From the NCBI GenBank assembly GCA_973895155.1, contig OZ316894.1:10695874-10759873 (forward strand): 64,000 nt of DNA, given 5' to 3'. Below the pieces are notes generated by a model, which saw only the letters and a list, made by a program, of their open reading frames with translations, was not told the DNA's origin and made no database searches. A program made the translations under genes and the position numbers. Source of the stretch: Marsupella aquatica. Lineage: Eukaryota; Plantae; Marchantiophyta. The first letter of the stretch is position 1; every line of letters begins with the position of its first letter. Below, piece by piece: positions 26,234 through 40,208 of the stretch.

Positions 26234-28277
26234 TCCTTGAAAACGTGCAATTTTGGATACGCAGTGACATATTTGTTTACTTTGAGCAGTTCGCAATGTA
26301 TCTTGTATGTCATCAGGTAGCTGTGTAGTTGTAACAATCCTACCACATTCTTTCAGATCATTACCTGAATCTCTTTTTCCACCCTACATTATTTTTGCGT
26401 ACTGTAATACATTCTTGGACTTTGGCTATGTGCTAGAGAGAGTTGGCATAGGTCTTCCGAAGTAGTGATTTAACGACATCTTATAAAGGATCATGACTGT
26501 TGGTCCTTCCACTGTACATTCTCAGTGTCAAATTTACAGGGTAGTTTTGGAAGAGTTACTCTTTCAGTGGCGCTGACGGTTGATGTTCTACTGAAAGTTT
26601 TGAAAGAGTCATTCGGTTTCTCTTAGAAGAATCCTTAAATTGTTGGGCTCTCTGTTCTTGGTACTGATTCGGACGTAGCTGATATACACACATCACCCAT
26701 TGCTACAATAATGACACAGAACAATACTGCACAAATTAGCTGGTACACTTGTTGTGATCGTTTTAAGAATGACAGTATTTTCAGACCAGTCAGACACTTT
26801 CATGAAGAATATTAACCATTATTTTTGGGTCTCATTTAGTTGAGCTGTTTGAGTTTTAATTACTAAATCTAGGATTTTATCAACCAGCTCAACTGCTCGT
26901 GACCACTATAAACACACTGAACCACTACTACCGTTAATAATGGGAAGACCCTGATTTCTTCAAAGCTACGCATTGGTACAGCTATTGTCTGAATATGTAT
27001 ATTACCAGCTATTGTCTGAATAAGTATACTTGCACTGCTTTGAACCATAAACTTGAAACAAAGTTTTAATTAACCATGAGGAATGGGCATGATCGTCTGA
27101 TTAGTAACTGCCTACCAATGAGGAAAGGCACGATGGAGAACCCATGCCAATGCCAGTGTTGCCCGTACTAAATACTAAAATATGCATAATAAAGCAACCT
27201 TCCAACCCTGTATCTAATTTCTTAACAAAGTTCAAGTCATCAAAAAATAGCTTTGAGAGTGATTTTTGCTAGAATATTAGAAGTAAAGAAACATTTCAAC
27301 CTTGTATCTTATTAAGAAATTGCAATCCAAGTTAGAGTTGAGGTCTAGTCTCCTAGAGTGAAACCATGAGATGTTAGGTATGGGAAAATGATTATCGTAC
27401 ATGGTTTGTCATCATCCCTATTAACATTCAAAGAATGTACATCAGGCTCATCTAAGTTACTACCCAAAAAGCAGCTTTCCTTAGCTGGTGTACATATCAT
27501 GTAATATTATTGACTGTGTTCTTGAGCATAGTAAGGACTATCCCAGATCAATAATAATGTCCAGAAAAATTGGATGCTGTTTGGGCACTTGCACCTTTTT
27601 TTTACCCTTATAAGATTTTTTTTTATCATGATTTGGTTCCCCTCATTCCCCTCAGTTTTACGGTTATTGGGGCTTAGCTTCGATAATTTACAAGCGGCCA
27701 CATGTACTAGGCCAATTACATGCCATCTCAGGTTAGTCTATTCTGGTTAGCCAACCCACATACAAACTGGGGGGCTACTTGATAATCTGGTTGAAGTGAT
27801 GGGGGCCCAAAAATGGCCCCATAACCTGCTGTTGGAAGCCCTCCCCCTCAACGTATTGGATATTGTATTGGCAAACCCATATTGTTGACCCTGTTGTGAC
27901 CACACAATTTTGGTTTTGGTCAAGCTAGTTTTGGGGACCAATTAAATATTTTTACAAGTTTGGTTAAGTTAGTTTTGGGGACCAATTAATAATTTTGACT
28001 ACTGTGGGGGATGGGAAAGCGTAAACACGGTCTTTGAAATTGCTACTCCTCCTGTATGTTGGTGTTGGCTTGTAGCCAACTTGGTTTCGAGGGACAATGA
28101 GCGCATTCTTCATAGATCTTAAACAAAAAAATTGCAGTGCTTCGTTTCCATAATTACAGTATCAGAATTCGTCAGGTTCACCAAAAGAGTACACTGAGGA
28201 CAATGTAGGGAAAATCGTTGATGATGAGATGATTGTGAATCGTGATACGGTTTGGCATCGAAGAAGCTGCAGTAGCT

Positions 28278-31137
28278 ATGGCCTTCAGTTGTCAATCTGT
28301 TATTGCCGCTCTCCCAGAGCTTAGGCAATTGCAATGCCCACAAGCCCCCAAAACTGCAGCTCTCCGAGTCCGTGGCCAAGTTCTCTTCCCAAGCACTTCG
28401 GGTTGCCGACCGTGGGATCTGTCGTCCAAAGCCACCAGGTTCGTCTGCAAGTCCCTCTGTGTGAAAATGGTAGTGATTCTGTGCCTGGTTTCCTTCAGCA
28501 AGCTGGGTGGAGTTTTCCCCCTTTCTCTGAATCTGAATGTGCCTTTAGTTCAGCCCCGTTCCCTCCGTGTGATGATGTCTGTTCGCGCATGTGAAAGTGG
28601 CCATCGTTTCCCGCGTTTGAGACAATTGAGACTCGTCTTCTATGTCGCATCATCTTCTGACCTCGTCTGCATTCTCACTACATCTACACTGCTGAGTAGA
28701 TTTGTTCAGGAAACTTCAACGTGGATGACAGGTTATTCTCTTTGTGTGACTCAATTGTGTCCAACGAGGGAACATATGGTATGGGACATATCATTGGACA
28801 TACCGCTGCTGTCCATGATGGAGGGACATGTCCTTTTGCTTGCAAATGTTGCTAGTGTCCCAAAGAGATCTGAATTTTAAAATGGGATAGCAGGACATTG
28901 CTTGCAAATGCTGATTTTCAAATTCAGATCAAAGGGTGTATCGTTGGACACAAAGTGAGACAGTTCGCCTAGAATCCGCTCTCTGGTGGGGAAGGCAGCG
29001 ACAGTACTGATCGTTGCTATCTCCGTGGCTCTTCTTGGTGGATTTTGGCTTTTGGGTGACAGAGGGTTTAAGGTTTCTGCCTCCAGAAGTAAAGGGTTTG
29101 GGGACTTGCTGAAGAAAAGCAAAAGAGAGGCAGAGGGGAAGCAAGCTGCACCCAATGCTTGTCCTTGCGGAGGTGGACAAGAGCTGAAAGAGTACGGTGC
29201 ATGTTGTGGGCGCTTCCATGGAGGTGTTGTCGAACCAGATGCTCTGACTTTAATGAGTATGTTGCCTGCTTGCCGATTGCTCTCCTCGCTGCCTGCTTGC
29301 TTCTAATCAGGGTTTTGAAGGAAAAATCTTAACCGGTATAGGACCTCTGCCACCATCTTCCACTTCCAGTGAGAAATTGTTTCATTCTAGTAAACAGATT
29401 TGGAAGCTCTCTGAGCCCTCCATCATTTGAAGATTGCAGATATAGAACAGCACATCCCAAGGGCTCTTCAGATGCCAATCAAACTCCTGCTATACCATCC
29501 AAAATCACCGAGCTTTATTCGAAGATTCTGGTTAGATATTTATCCTATAATCTGCAGTGATGAATTAAATTGATGTAAAGTGAGCAATTGTGGAAGCTTG
29601 TCTCCCATTCATTTTTACATTTATTTACGTTCTAGCACGAGGACTAGTTTCCTAGCTTGTCGTAAGAATATCCTCCGATTTTTTGCAATGGGTTGTATAT
29701 GTGAACACTCTGATAACATTTCGCTATCTGCTGAAAAACAGTACCGATCTCAAATTCTATACTGCTTGAATTCAAATCGTCGACCTCCTCAGTTAAAATT
29801 TTCGCCTTGTCCCAAAAACTAATGCAGGGGTGGTTGTTGCAATTTACAGAAGCTCGGTTCAGCGCTTATGCACTAGGTGTTGTTCCGTACATAGTGAGAA
29901 CTACACATCCAGATAACCCTGCTTTTGAAGGTAAGGTTTTAGTCCCGCTACTTTATTTGGGTGTTGTGGCGGAACGCGCTAAGCAGATCTCGTGAACGGC
30001 TTAGATACTATCAAATTGGAATGTTCTTTGTCCCGCATCACAAAAGTAGCTCACATTTAAGGCAGAAAAAGATACTTACCCATTTGTGTTGCATTCTCGA
30101 AGGTGCTGACAAGTTGGCAGAAGATGTCCGTGCCACCTGTGGAAGATTACGGTTTTTCAAACTTGACATCCTCGGTTTTAAGGAGGCATCTGAGTCAGAG
30201 GTAAACTCATCAATCTTCACCCTGTGCGTGAGCTTTGTGTCCATCGTCTGCCTCCTGTTTCACGAGTTTCTTTCTCCTTCAGGCCCATTTCCCCAGATAC
30301 TGATCAGCTCTCTCGAAAATTCCTTTCATCCACGTGAATCGGAAGTTCACAAAGCAGCTGCAAATAAATAGATCAGGGCCTGTTTTTCTGATGAAGAAAA
30401 ACTGTAATGTAAGATTAAGTCCTGTTCAGTTCCAGTGTGTTCTCCCATCCCCAAATTCACAGCATATTTTCGGTAGCCACATCAGAATTGTGTATCCAAT
30501 TGTGTTTATGAGTGTTTTGTTCATCACCCAATGAAGATTGCACTAGGAAGCTGTTCTTTTAGCAGTATATTGTGTTTTTTGAACAGACTTCTTGTGTTTG
30601 TAAACATTAATAATTGCGGAATCTGACCACAATTTCATTCATGGCTTAGCTGCTGAGCAAGGTAAGGGACAGACTTCATGTGCTTTTAAACATATGTTTG
30701 GAAATTGCATACCCTACCACACTATCCTTCACAGCTTAGCTGCCGAGCAAGGTAAGAGAAGGTAAGTGAAGACCCGTACAGCATGTAAAACTGCTGAACT
30801 GGAATGACTGTCAAAGTAGAGGTTACCCAGTGCCAACTTACATCGTTGGGTCTGAGGTAAGTGGGAGACATATCTCAATTTCCATAGCAAGTGTGTTGAG
30901 CTTGGTAAATGCATTGGGTTTGTTTCAAATGCCTTTCTCTGGAATCTAAACACTTCACTTGATCAGGCACTTGTATCTTTTGTGGCCCACTACACGCTTG
31001 TAAAGGGGGGCAGGGGAGGAGAAAGGAAACAACTCAAGGAGGAGAGCCGCTTTGTTAAGGAAGATGGGCGGTGGTTTTACCGTGAAGGGTTAGTTAGCGA
31101 AGCTTCAGAGGCTGCGTGGATAGTATCAACTTATTAA
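28278..31137 (+). CDS. SEC-C zinc-motif / YchJ-like (UPF0225, NTF2-like) protein, probably plastid-targeted
   Basis: Predicted exons 28278-28438, 29063-29256, 29850-29930, 30103-30200 and 30967-31137, in consistent phase. Motifs CPCGGG..YGACCGRFH, ALTLMKARFSAY, YIVRTTHP and EESRFVKEDGRWFY are characteristic of YchJ. The N-terminus is Ser/Arg/Ala-rich and ends VSASRSKGFG. Confidence 0.85.
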
Positions 31138-32803
31138 AGTGAGGATGTTTTTGTATGAGCCTGAATGCACATTCTTTGAATGTTAATAGAAATGATGACA
31201 AAAATCATCATTTTGACCTATATAATATAACATCCCATGCTTTTTTCCATCCACATAAATTTTGGTGGGGCCCTAGAGTCAAGGTCTAAAGGCTTTACTC
31301 TAGGAGCCTAGACCCCAACTTAAGTTTCTCATTGCGATCTACTAGTAAGATTTGGAGACCCTCCTGGTGAGTCTTCTTTTGTAATTGCATTGAAGGTCAT
31401 GTGCAAAGATCTGGATGTATATGTAAACTGTCCTTGTGGTCCCGTCCTGGTGAGTCCTCTTTTGTATGTTCATTGGAGGCTTTGAGAAGAGAGTTTTCTG
31501 TATTCATAATGCCCTTTGTGAATTTTCTCTTTATAATTTTTATGCCTTACATCGAAGAATGCCGTCCAGATTTGGATGGGGGCATTATGAAAATACAAAA
31601 GAAGATTCACAAGAAGTATTCACCCATATGGTAACTACCTGGTTTAAATATAATCTCCCTTAATTACCAGATGGCAATATTTGCCATGAGGAATTGTTTC
31701 TCTACAAGATTTCTATGTTACTGGCACAGATCATGGCTGCCGCTCCTCCCAAACCTAAAACTTCCAATATCCACTCGCCTGATTTACACTTGGCAACCCA
31801 TCCTCTTGTGAGGATCATGGCCTGTAACCCTCTCAGGTAGACCACCCTCGGGGATTATAGCCCATAACCCCCTCAAGGGGATGGGTTACCCTCCACATAA
31901 CAGAAAGCCACTCTATATGTTGTAACACTGCTTACAGCTTTTTACATAGTGCGGGGGAACCCTACATGCCATTCAAAGCTCCATAATTTAATGTAGAAAG
32001 GAGTTGGACACCATCTTAGGATGTCTATCCATAGAATTGTGCATTTACACGTCAAACCAACACTGTCCATATATAATGAGAAGTGTACAAGCCTTCTCAC
32101 TTTTTCACATTTCTCTCCTCTAGGGTGAGACTTTAGGTAAAAGTGTAATAAAAATGGTGAAACCTGGTGGATCCAGGTTTTGTCATGGACAGTGACGCTT
32201 GAAGAGAGTGATAGGGTAATCTAAGGGTCAAGTCATCAATGTGAGAAGATGTGAAGAGACCAGAATCACCATCTACTCATGGTGGATGGCTCTGAAGTGT
32301 GGTCCTAAATCAAAGGGAGGTACTCTTAAGTGCAAAGCCTACCCAACCCAATTTTGAGTTGACACTGATGAATGACTAGCATGGTGTGACCCTTTTGAGG
32401 ATAACAGATAAAAAAAGCCCGGAATCTACAACCTGAGTTGTCAGAGCTCACTGGTGATAGGCAAACATGGTAACATCTGTGGCCAAAGATATCACAATTC
32501 TGGCCAAAAAGGATCATGGCTAAAATGACAGCAATTTCTATGAAGCAAGAGAGGGGGAGGGCTGTGTTGGGTTGATTGGTCACACAGGTTGCAACAAAAC
32601 TACAACACACATAACAAGTGAAGCAAAGGGCCCAAACCCACACTCAAAACCACCATCAAGGGATCCATTTTTACTGTCCCATCCAAAGGGTCAACCCGAC
32701 CATGTCCGTCGCTTGCCTACTTCCAGCTTTGACACCAACTATAGACATCTCCCTTGCTTGCCAACTTCCAACTTCCAACTTCTTGATTTTTCCTGGTTGT
32801 GGA

Positions 32804-34666
32804 TTTTTTTTAATTTTTTTAATTTTTAACAACGAACCGGAGAAGGGCCGGAACCCGCACACACCACCAGGGGACAAAAACCACCCCCAGCGGCAACCCG
32901 GAAAACCGGGAGGAAAAAAGAAAAAAAGAAAAAAACCCTAATCAGGCCAAAGGACCTGTGAAGCCACCAGGTGGTAGCCAACCCCCAGCCCCTTTGGGCA
33001 GAACCCATCACCTTCCTACACCACACATGTTGGTCGGGAAAATCATGCGGATGTTTGTGCTCCATCCCGAGCTGGCGTAGGTCAAACGTGGCGGGCAAAC
33101 CAGAGTACATGTGATTACTACTCTTCATCCAAATATTGTCCCAAGGAGTTGAATCAAGCCAGTGTAACAGGGACAAACCTTCATCGTTCACTGTCATCAA
33201 TAGAGAGGTCTAAGGCAACTGGACTCTCAGTCTGCTCCCATGGCTTCAACACAAGCTGAATCTAGTCCAAGGCTTTCCTAACTTGCTTGCTTTTCCTAGG
33301 AGTGGTGCATCCCCGTATAAGGCCCTGAGGTGAATTTCAGACTGTCGCAGGGTCACCCATCCGAGGAGACGCCCAAGGAACTGTGAGTATGTCGCAGTGT
33401 TTCGTTCTTTCCATATGCTATTGCATAGTTCCATCAGAATGATAAGTGGCCCAGGTTTCCGTTTGTGTGTCCTGACCGCATAAGAAATTGCGGTAAACAA
33501 ATTGTGGTTAGGAAACTTAAGAGCTGGAGCCTCCTGCAGGGCATTGTACACCTCTTGCCACCGCTCGGTCACCATTCTGCAGCTTGAAAAAAAGGTGTTC
33601 CGTATGCTCAAAACAGAGCTTGCATCTAGCACATACCCCATCACTCACCTTCCAGTGGCTTCCCCTACCGTTGGTGAAAAAACCATGGTTAAGCAACCTC
33701 CAAATCAAAAATCTCACTTTCGGAAATGTCCATCCCCCCCAGAGGCTCTTCCATAGTTGATTCCATTGTGCCCTGGTCTTCAGCTGTCCCCATCTCCTAT
33801 TAATCTTGGTCACGTCAAGGTTAGACTTCGGGGAACATTGGGTCCAGACCTTATTTGGAAATCTCCATCCACGATTCTTCCCTTTCCAAGTCCACTGCCA
33901 GCTTTCGCATTGGTGCAGATTCCCTTCAAAGAGGCCATTACTTCTTCTCAGCATGTCATAGAACCTGTTGAAAGCATCAAAACCACAGTGTCTATTGCTC
34001 CGTATGCGATTGCTGAGGGTGTCGCTATCCAACCAGCCGTCCATGGGGGAGAAAAGGTCTGATATCCTTTTATTTCCCCGGTTAGCAAGAAACCTCCTGA
34101 GATCAATCCCTTCCAGGTCGCTGACGTGATTGTTACGTTCATATAATAGCACAGTCTGCTCCATGGTTAGGGTAGAGGGCAGCTTACCAGATCCAAAATT
34201 GAATTTGAGTTGGCTGGTTTTGTCAGTCCACCCTTTGAGAAGGCCTTTCACAGTGTGGGATCCTTTGATGGAGAGCTCAGTTGTAAGGAGCAGCGCTTCC
34301 GTGGGTGACCAGTGTCTTCTCTCTTTCTTTCCTGGTCCTGACTGCAGCCCCTGCTTGATAATCTCCTCGGTCATCTTGACCCACTCACTGTTTGTTCCCA
34401 TGATGAACTTGCTAATATGTCTCATTTTCAGGTTTTGGGCTTGCTCAGCAAAGGGCAAAATGCCCAGACCTCCATCGTTCTTATGGGTAGTGATGTCTTT
34501 CCACGCAATTAGAGCTTTTTTGTACCCATTGTTGGACGACGGGCCCCATAGGAAACGCCTGCAGACTTTCTCCAACTCCTGGTAACCAGTCTTGTGTAGC
34601 TCCATCGACATGAGATGATACGTGGGGATAGCCCTCAGAACATGTTTCAGCAGGACTGCCCTGCCT
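32804..34666 (-). mobile_element. 5'-truncated L1-type LINE (3' part of ORF2 plus A-rich tail)
   Basis: GRAVLLKHVLRAIPTY...RRFLWG...IAWKDI...GGLGI post-RT region, and a zf-RVT motif WKSLW...PKVRFLIWR...CARC...EHTEHLFF. Frameshifted into ORF 33246-33644. The minus-strand 3' end is TTAAAAATTAAAAAAATTAAAAAAAA (32804-32829). No TSD found. Confidence 0.85.
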
Positions 34667-35613
34667 TGAATTTGCTTTATTGTTGACCTTGATTGTTGCC
34701 TTGAATTTGCTTTATTAGACCTACTAGTAAAGCTAGTGAACGTTTTGGTGCAGGTTTTGTGAAAATTCTGACCCAAAAAATCACAAAACAGCAGGATAAA
34801 AATCAAATTAGAAAAATTCCAAAAGGTTTTGCAACCCAAATCCAACCCTATATTTTAATTATAATCCTTTGACTAAACAAAGTGAAATCAATATTTTGAC
34901 GTTTTACTAATTAATGCCTTGTTCAGTCAATAATCTGAGATTTTACTAATTAACGCCATATCTTTATGTTTTGACTGTTGATGTAGATTTGGTTTATTCA
35001 TTAGGGTTTCATGGACAACATGCAGGTCCATCCTGGCTTTAACTGATTGAAACCTCCATTGTCCACATTTTCCAAAATTTGAATTTAATAGTGATGGTTA
35101 GAGATTCATAAATTTATATTTAGTAATGATTGTGAAAAAAACCCTTCCCTTTGAACTATTGCACGATGGTAGATAAACAATTTATGATTTTTTTTTTTAA
35201 ATAGGGAAAAGTTGAATGAATATTTAAACATTTTACAAAAAAATGTGAAACAAATTATTTTTAACTGGATTGGACACATAATCTAATTTCTTCTACAGTA
35301 ATTGGTGTCAAGTGCCATGATATAGGAATACATTTGAAGTGTCCAAATTTACAAAGTTGGTCTCCTTTTGTTGTGGACGTTTTCTGCCATGGGTGTCTAC
35401 CATTTGATCTAAATTCTTTTGCCCACTCCACCCTGGAGGTTGATATATATATTTCTCTATTTTTGAGAAAATTATCCAAAGATTCTTAAACTTGATACCC
35501 ACCCAAGAGGGAACTTGAAAGTCAATTCTTAAAGACATTTGTCAATTTTTAAAGACATTTCAAAATCTGGCTGATATGGATTATTGCTCAGTTTGACGGT
35601 CAATGAACTTCAA

Positions 35614-38600
35614 CTAGATCTTGGCCGTTGAAATCTTCAGAATTTGCTCAATTTTGTCAGCTGCTGCAAGCCCACTGGCAATGGCGCCTTCAATTCGAGG
35701 GGATACACAGAAGTCACCACAGGCAACAATTTTCTTCCTTGTATCCACTAGGCATTTCTCCTCTGTAGCTACAGAAGCTGTTGGAAAAGATGAACCCCTG
35801 CATCATTTACATGGACCATAATTTTAAAGATGAACGCACCCAAAACCCTGATGCAACCTGACTCCACCTATGTGTGGCCATTATAGATCGTACTAGACTA
35901 GATCTGCATGCTCAAACTTGCAGCTCAAAATAAACCAGTGGCAGGAAACAAGTAGAAAGCCTTGCACTTGCTGCTATGAAGAGAGGTAACAGAATTAAAT
36001 ACTTACCAGCGGTGAGCTTTCACATGGATTGGATCGATAGCCTCTGGAACAATCCCTTGGAATTCCTTCAAAAGAGTTGAGGCAATGGACTCCAGCGATG
36101 CACTAGAAGGCTTCGCAAACCCCTCCTTATTCACAATTCCCAAGGCATAGTCTATGGAAGAATGCAGCACCCAATTTTCACTGTAGAAGTCAACCACAAA
36201 ATGATGTGAGAATGTTGTGTGGGACAAATCATTCAGTAGCCATAATGTAGAAAGAGCATTGTACTCTATGCTCTAGCGTTGACTACTAGGAGTAAGTTTG
36301 AGTGAGGCAATCTGGCAAGCAATGTAACTATGGCGCAATTAAAGAACAAACTCAAACGAACCTTGGGCCAATTGTTTTTACAATTATAAGCTATCTTAAT
36401 GCAATAAATCTCAACGTTCCTTCAGAGTTCATAGGGACACTGCTGTGATGAATGATCATATGAATATAAGAAGAGCATGCAAGGACGGGGTACATGATTC
36501 ACTTCAATTTCACGATATTGTTTGAAAGAAGTGTAACCTGTTTGGAAGCACCTTCCGGCCAGGCTTGCTGCTCACCCGGACAGCTCCTGCCAAGAAGTTT
36601 GAAGACTCTATAGTAAATCTATCAAATGGCACCTGCGAACAGATCCAAATCAAACATGTAAGCATCCCAACGTATCCTTGTAGTTTGATAGGCTCATGGA
36701 CTGTCGCAGATTTTGTTAGTGTGATTACATCTCGTCATACTGAAAAGCACCAACAACTGCAGAAGAAGACAACAAGTTCCATGTTTGACAAGAAGACAGA
36801 ATTCTGCTTGTCATATATGTTCTTAAAGGAAACATGCAATGAAATAACGCTAGCAAGATAAGAAGATGTAACGAATGGATCTCAGGATTTTTACTCATGG
36901 AAGACCAACACCCTGGGGAACAGATACTGAGAAGTAGATCACGAGTCACTCACAGAAGTTAGAGGGTGAGAAAACGCCACCATAACAGTGAAACATGGCA
37001 CTGATCCAATACATGACAAAGTTCTGTACAAATCGGGTACTCCAGCATTTTCTGCAGTCATGAGGACAAGGTAGAACAAAAACAGTTAGATAGTACACAG
37101 ACTAATTAACTACCTTACCATCCAGACCACAAGATATGGTATGATCTAGAAGAAATGTGTAAATACATCTAAGTTTTAAGACTGGTGTTGACGAAGGTAA
37201 TAGAACCACAATGACAAAATTTGTATCCAGGAGAGGAAAACCGTTATTTTATTGCCACCGAAGGTAGGTAATGAAAACATCTCTTCCGCATAGCAATATC
37301 TACAAGGAGGTGATAAACCTTTAGAGAATGAAAAGTGTCCATCTACAAGGTGGTAATGAACTTTCAGGGAGGAAAAGTGTCCATCTACTGCGCTTGACAC
37401 AGAAGAGGACAATGCCGTTAAGGGTCAAACTCTCAGAGTCCTGAAAGTTTAGGGTTTTGTCCATCCATAAAATATGATTTCACAAGCATTTGATTCCAAG
37501 GACGACTACAAAAATCTGAAATATCAAAAATGTTTCACAAAACCACGTCAGGATTTGCTTGTATGGACTAATGACATTTACAACACCCCACACCTCACAG
37601 CATATGGATGTACATAAGTCAGTCTTACCAAGCGGAGGCGGCAATCCCGATTGAGCTCTAAAGCGGCTGGAAGCAAGTGCTTTATCAGCTACTACCACAG
37701 CCCCATATGTTCCGAGGCTTTCCCCATTCTTGCCCTTTAAAAGCCACAGTCCTTCCTCTTTCCATATTATTTCGACGACCATGCTGTTGTACAGGGCTTT
37801 TATACCTGCTTTAGCAAAACATTTTGCAGAATAAGTAAAACCGACCACTTCTAACGAGACCATTGAGAAAGCAACTAAGCCGACGGACTCTTCTATCAAT
37901 GACAGACGTATGCATTATGTTCATCAGCAGGAAAATGCTCATACCAGGTTCCAAAGCCATGGCCTTGCAGATCGAATTCATTCCGGGAACTCCAACATAT
38001 TTGGTCATGCCATCATCATACTAACATTGTCATCAATTCAGTAGTTAGCACTTTTAAGAATCCAAAGTACAGAGGCAAGATATTGTAAAGCCCTCCATAG
38101 TAACTACTGGAAAACCGGGAATATTCCTAAACAGGCTGGGGAAGTTAGATGTCAAAAGCTCCGAAGGATAAGATAGGGTTTGCGCTTCTATTAGGAGATT
38201 TTGGTGGGAATTTCTCATTTGAGGAGCAAGCAAAATGGATACTTATACTCGTGGGATGGCAGGTGGATAGTAATGGGAAGACATCGGAACAGCACTGCCA
38301 AGAAAAATGAGGAAATTGACAGAGCTCTACCAGAAGATGCTCACAGTTTCATCTGAATACTGTCGTTCAACCATGTCGAAAGAGCCAAACTTTGCGTGCC
38401 AAATGTCAACTAAACCAGCAGCCTGCCATTTGTCCACCAAAGGCTGCACAGATGGGTTGCTGACTGTCATATATTGTGCACCGTGGTCAAACAACAGCTC
38501 CGTCCCGTCCATCATTTTCTCCCTGTCCACGAGCAAAAGAAGAAAATGTCATCAACATCCTCTTCCCTTTATCTTCCCGAACTTATCAGAATCTACAATT

Positions 38601-39381
38601 AAAACTTAATACGCAATCCAAAAAACCTTATACAATTTTTGAGACAGCAGATTTTTGAAATCAAACTAGCGAATTTCACAACTTCTTATGGAAAGAGCCA
38701 CGAAGGAAATTAAAAAAATCTTATGTAACACAAGACTAGAACACAGAGACCACACCGGCGAGTCGAAAGTCGACCTCCCGGGCCTCGTCCCATTTCAAAG
38801 AGTCTCACAGGTATGCCTCGTTCTGCGAGTGAGGATGCAGCAACACAGCCTGCAACTGTTGCACCAATAACATCCTATCTTGAGAGTCAGAGCAAAACGT
38901 CTGCCAAGTCGGAGCAGTAATCTACGCCAGGTATGGATGAGAGATTCCATAAGTTTAACATCGGGTCAAAACAGTCACACGAAAAAACATTACTAAAGAC
39001 TTTGGGGCATTATGATGATTACTGTCTACCATAAAGCTCAGTGGAATTAATTTGGAAAGAGCAAGCCCGGTAAGTGCTCTTTATGCCACGAATCAATTAT
39101 AGGCTTCAGGGGGCAGGTTGAATCCACGAGACCATCGAGAATGGAAATTCGGTGAAGTATACCAAACCGACATCCTGCTGAGTCTGCCAATTTCAGATAT
39201 AGATTTACTTCCCTGCTCCAACGTGCCAGTAGGAGATATCACAACATATCTGATCGAGGCAACAGAATGCATGGTTATAATACTGTCGCAACAGAGAATA
39301 TGACTTCAAATTCCATTCAAGTGTCTTACCTCCGGCACCAATGACTGCCACAGGAGGCCCTTTATAAGGGGCCGCTGCCAT
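35614..39381 (-). CDS. Renalase-like FAD/NAD(P)-dependent oxidoreductase, multi-exon
   Basis: VAVIGAG (Rossmann fold), then FEMGRGPGGRLSTRR, LLFDHGAQYMT, YVGVPGMNSICKAM, VKAHRWGSSFP and ACGDFCVSPRIEGAIASGLAAA...*. GT-AG introns. The start could be further upstream (in-frame ATG near 39612). Confidence 0.88.
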
Positions 39382-40071
39382 CGTACGTTCGTTGTCAGAA
39401 ATCTTTGCCTCCGAGTGTTGTTCCTGAGCAGGAGAGAAATGTCGGTGTAGCAAAGCAAGCGTCCACCGGTGCTGCGGCTTCTTCACTCGCACGCAGCCTG
39501 GCCAAAAGCCTTTGTAGAATAATGTGGACTGAAAAGTGGAGAAAACAATCTCCGAGTGGTAAATGTGAAGATACCTCAGGCGGAAGAGATTGTTCAAAGG
39601 GCTGCACGGCATACCACCGACACGTGCTGTTAATGACAATTGTCTTTTGAGGGGCAGCCGTTTTTTAGATTACGCTTGGTGGGAGATCCCTCGAAGAGAT
39701 GGACCCTGGACAAGGTTTGGAAGGCTCTTTCCTTAACATCAGGGGCCCAAGCCATTATTCAGTAAAACTCCAGCTACAAAAATTGTTAAAACACCTAATG
39801 CAAGTCCGTCAATTGAAGACGGAGAACTCATTGATCACCGGTACGATCTCAGACCAATACCAAGCGCTGTGCAACCTGTGATGACTCTGCGGGAGATAAA
39901 AGTCTCACACTCCCTGAACCAACTATGGCGTAGTTTGTGTAACCCTAGGGAATCGCCCATGAGAGGGACAAAATGACTCGTTTCTGTGTAATTTGTCTGC
40001 AATGATTCACTCTTCTTCAAGCTTTATCGAGTCTTTGAACTTGCCATACAGAATGTCTTTCAGATCCGCCA

Positions 40072-40208
40072 TCTGAGACAGCCCATTTTATTTTTTCTTT
40101 CTCCCAAGAGCAACCCCTTAGCTCTTCCTCGTTCTCTACTTTCTGAGACAGCCCATTTTATTTTTTCTTTCTCCCAAGAGCAACCCCTTAGCTCTTCCTC
40201 GTTCTCTA
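40072..40208. repeat. Perfect 67-bp tandem duplication (period 70)
   Basis: TCTGAGACAGCCCATTTT...GTTCTCTA at 40072-40138 and 40142-40208. Confidence 0.95.

Noticed and set aside
28242-28880. 212-aa ORF as a standalone gene
   Set aside because: Only 28278-28438 is exon 1 of the YchJ-like gene; the rest is intron read-through.
31270-31346. Hairpin followed by CTAGT as a Helitron 3' end
   Set aside because: The hairpin is ~35 nt from CTAG, too far for the typical spacing, and no 5' TC end was identified.
34667-34845. N-terminal part of ORF 33517-34845 as a host-LINE fusion protein
   Set aside because: Non-ATG start in AT-rich flank containing a 20-bp duplication; a chance open frame upstream of the truncation point.
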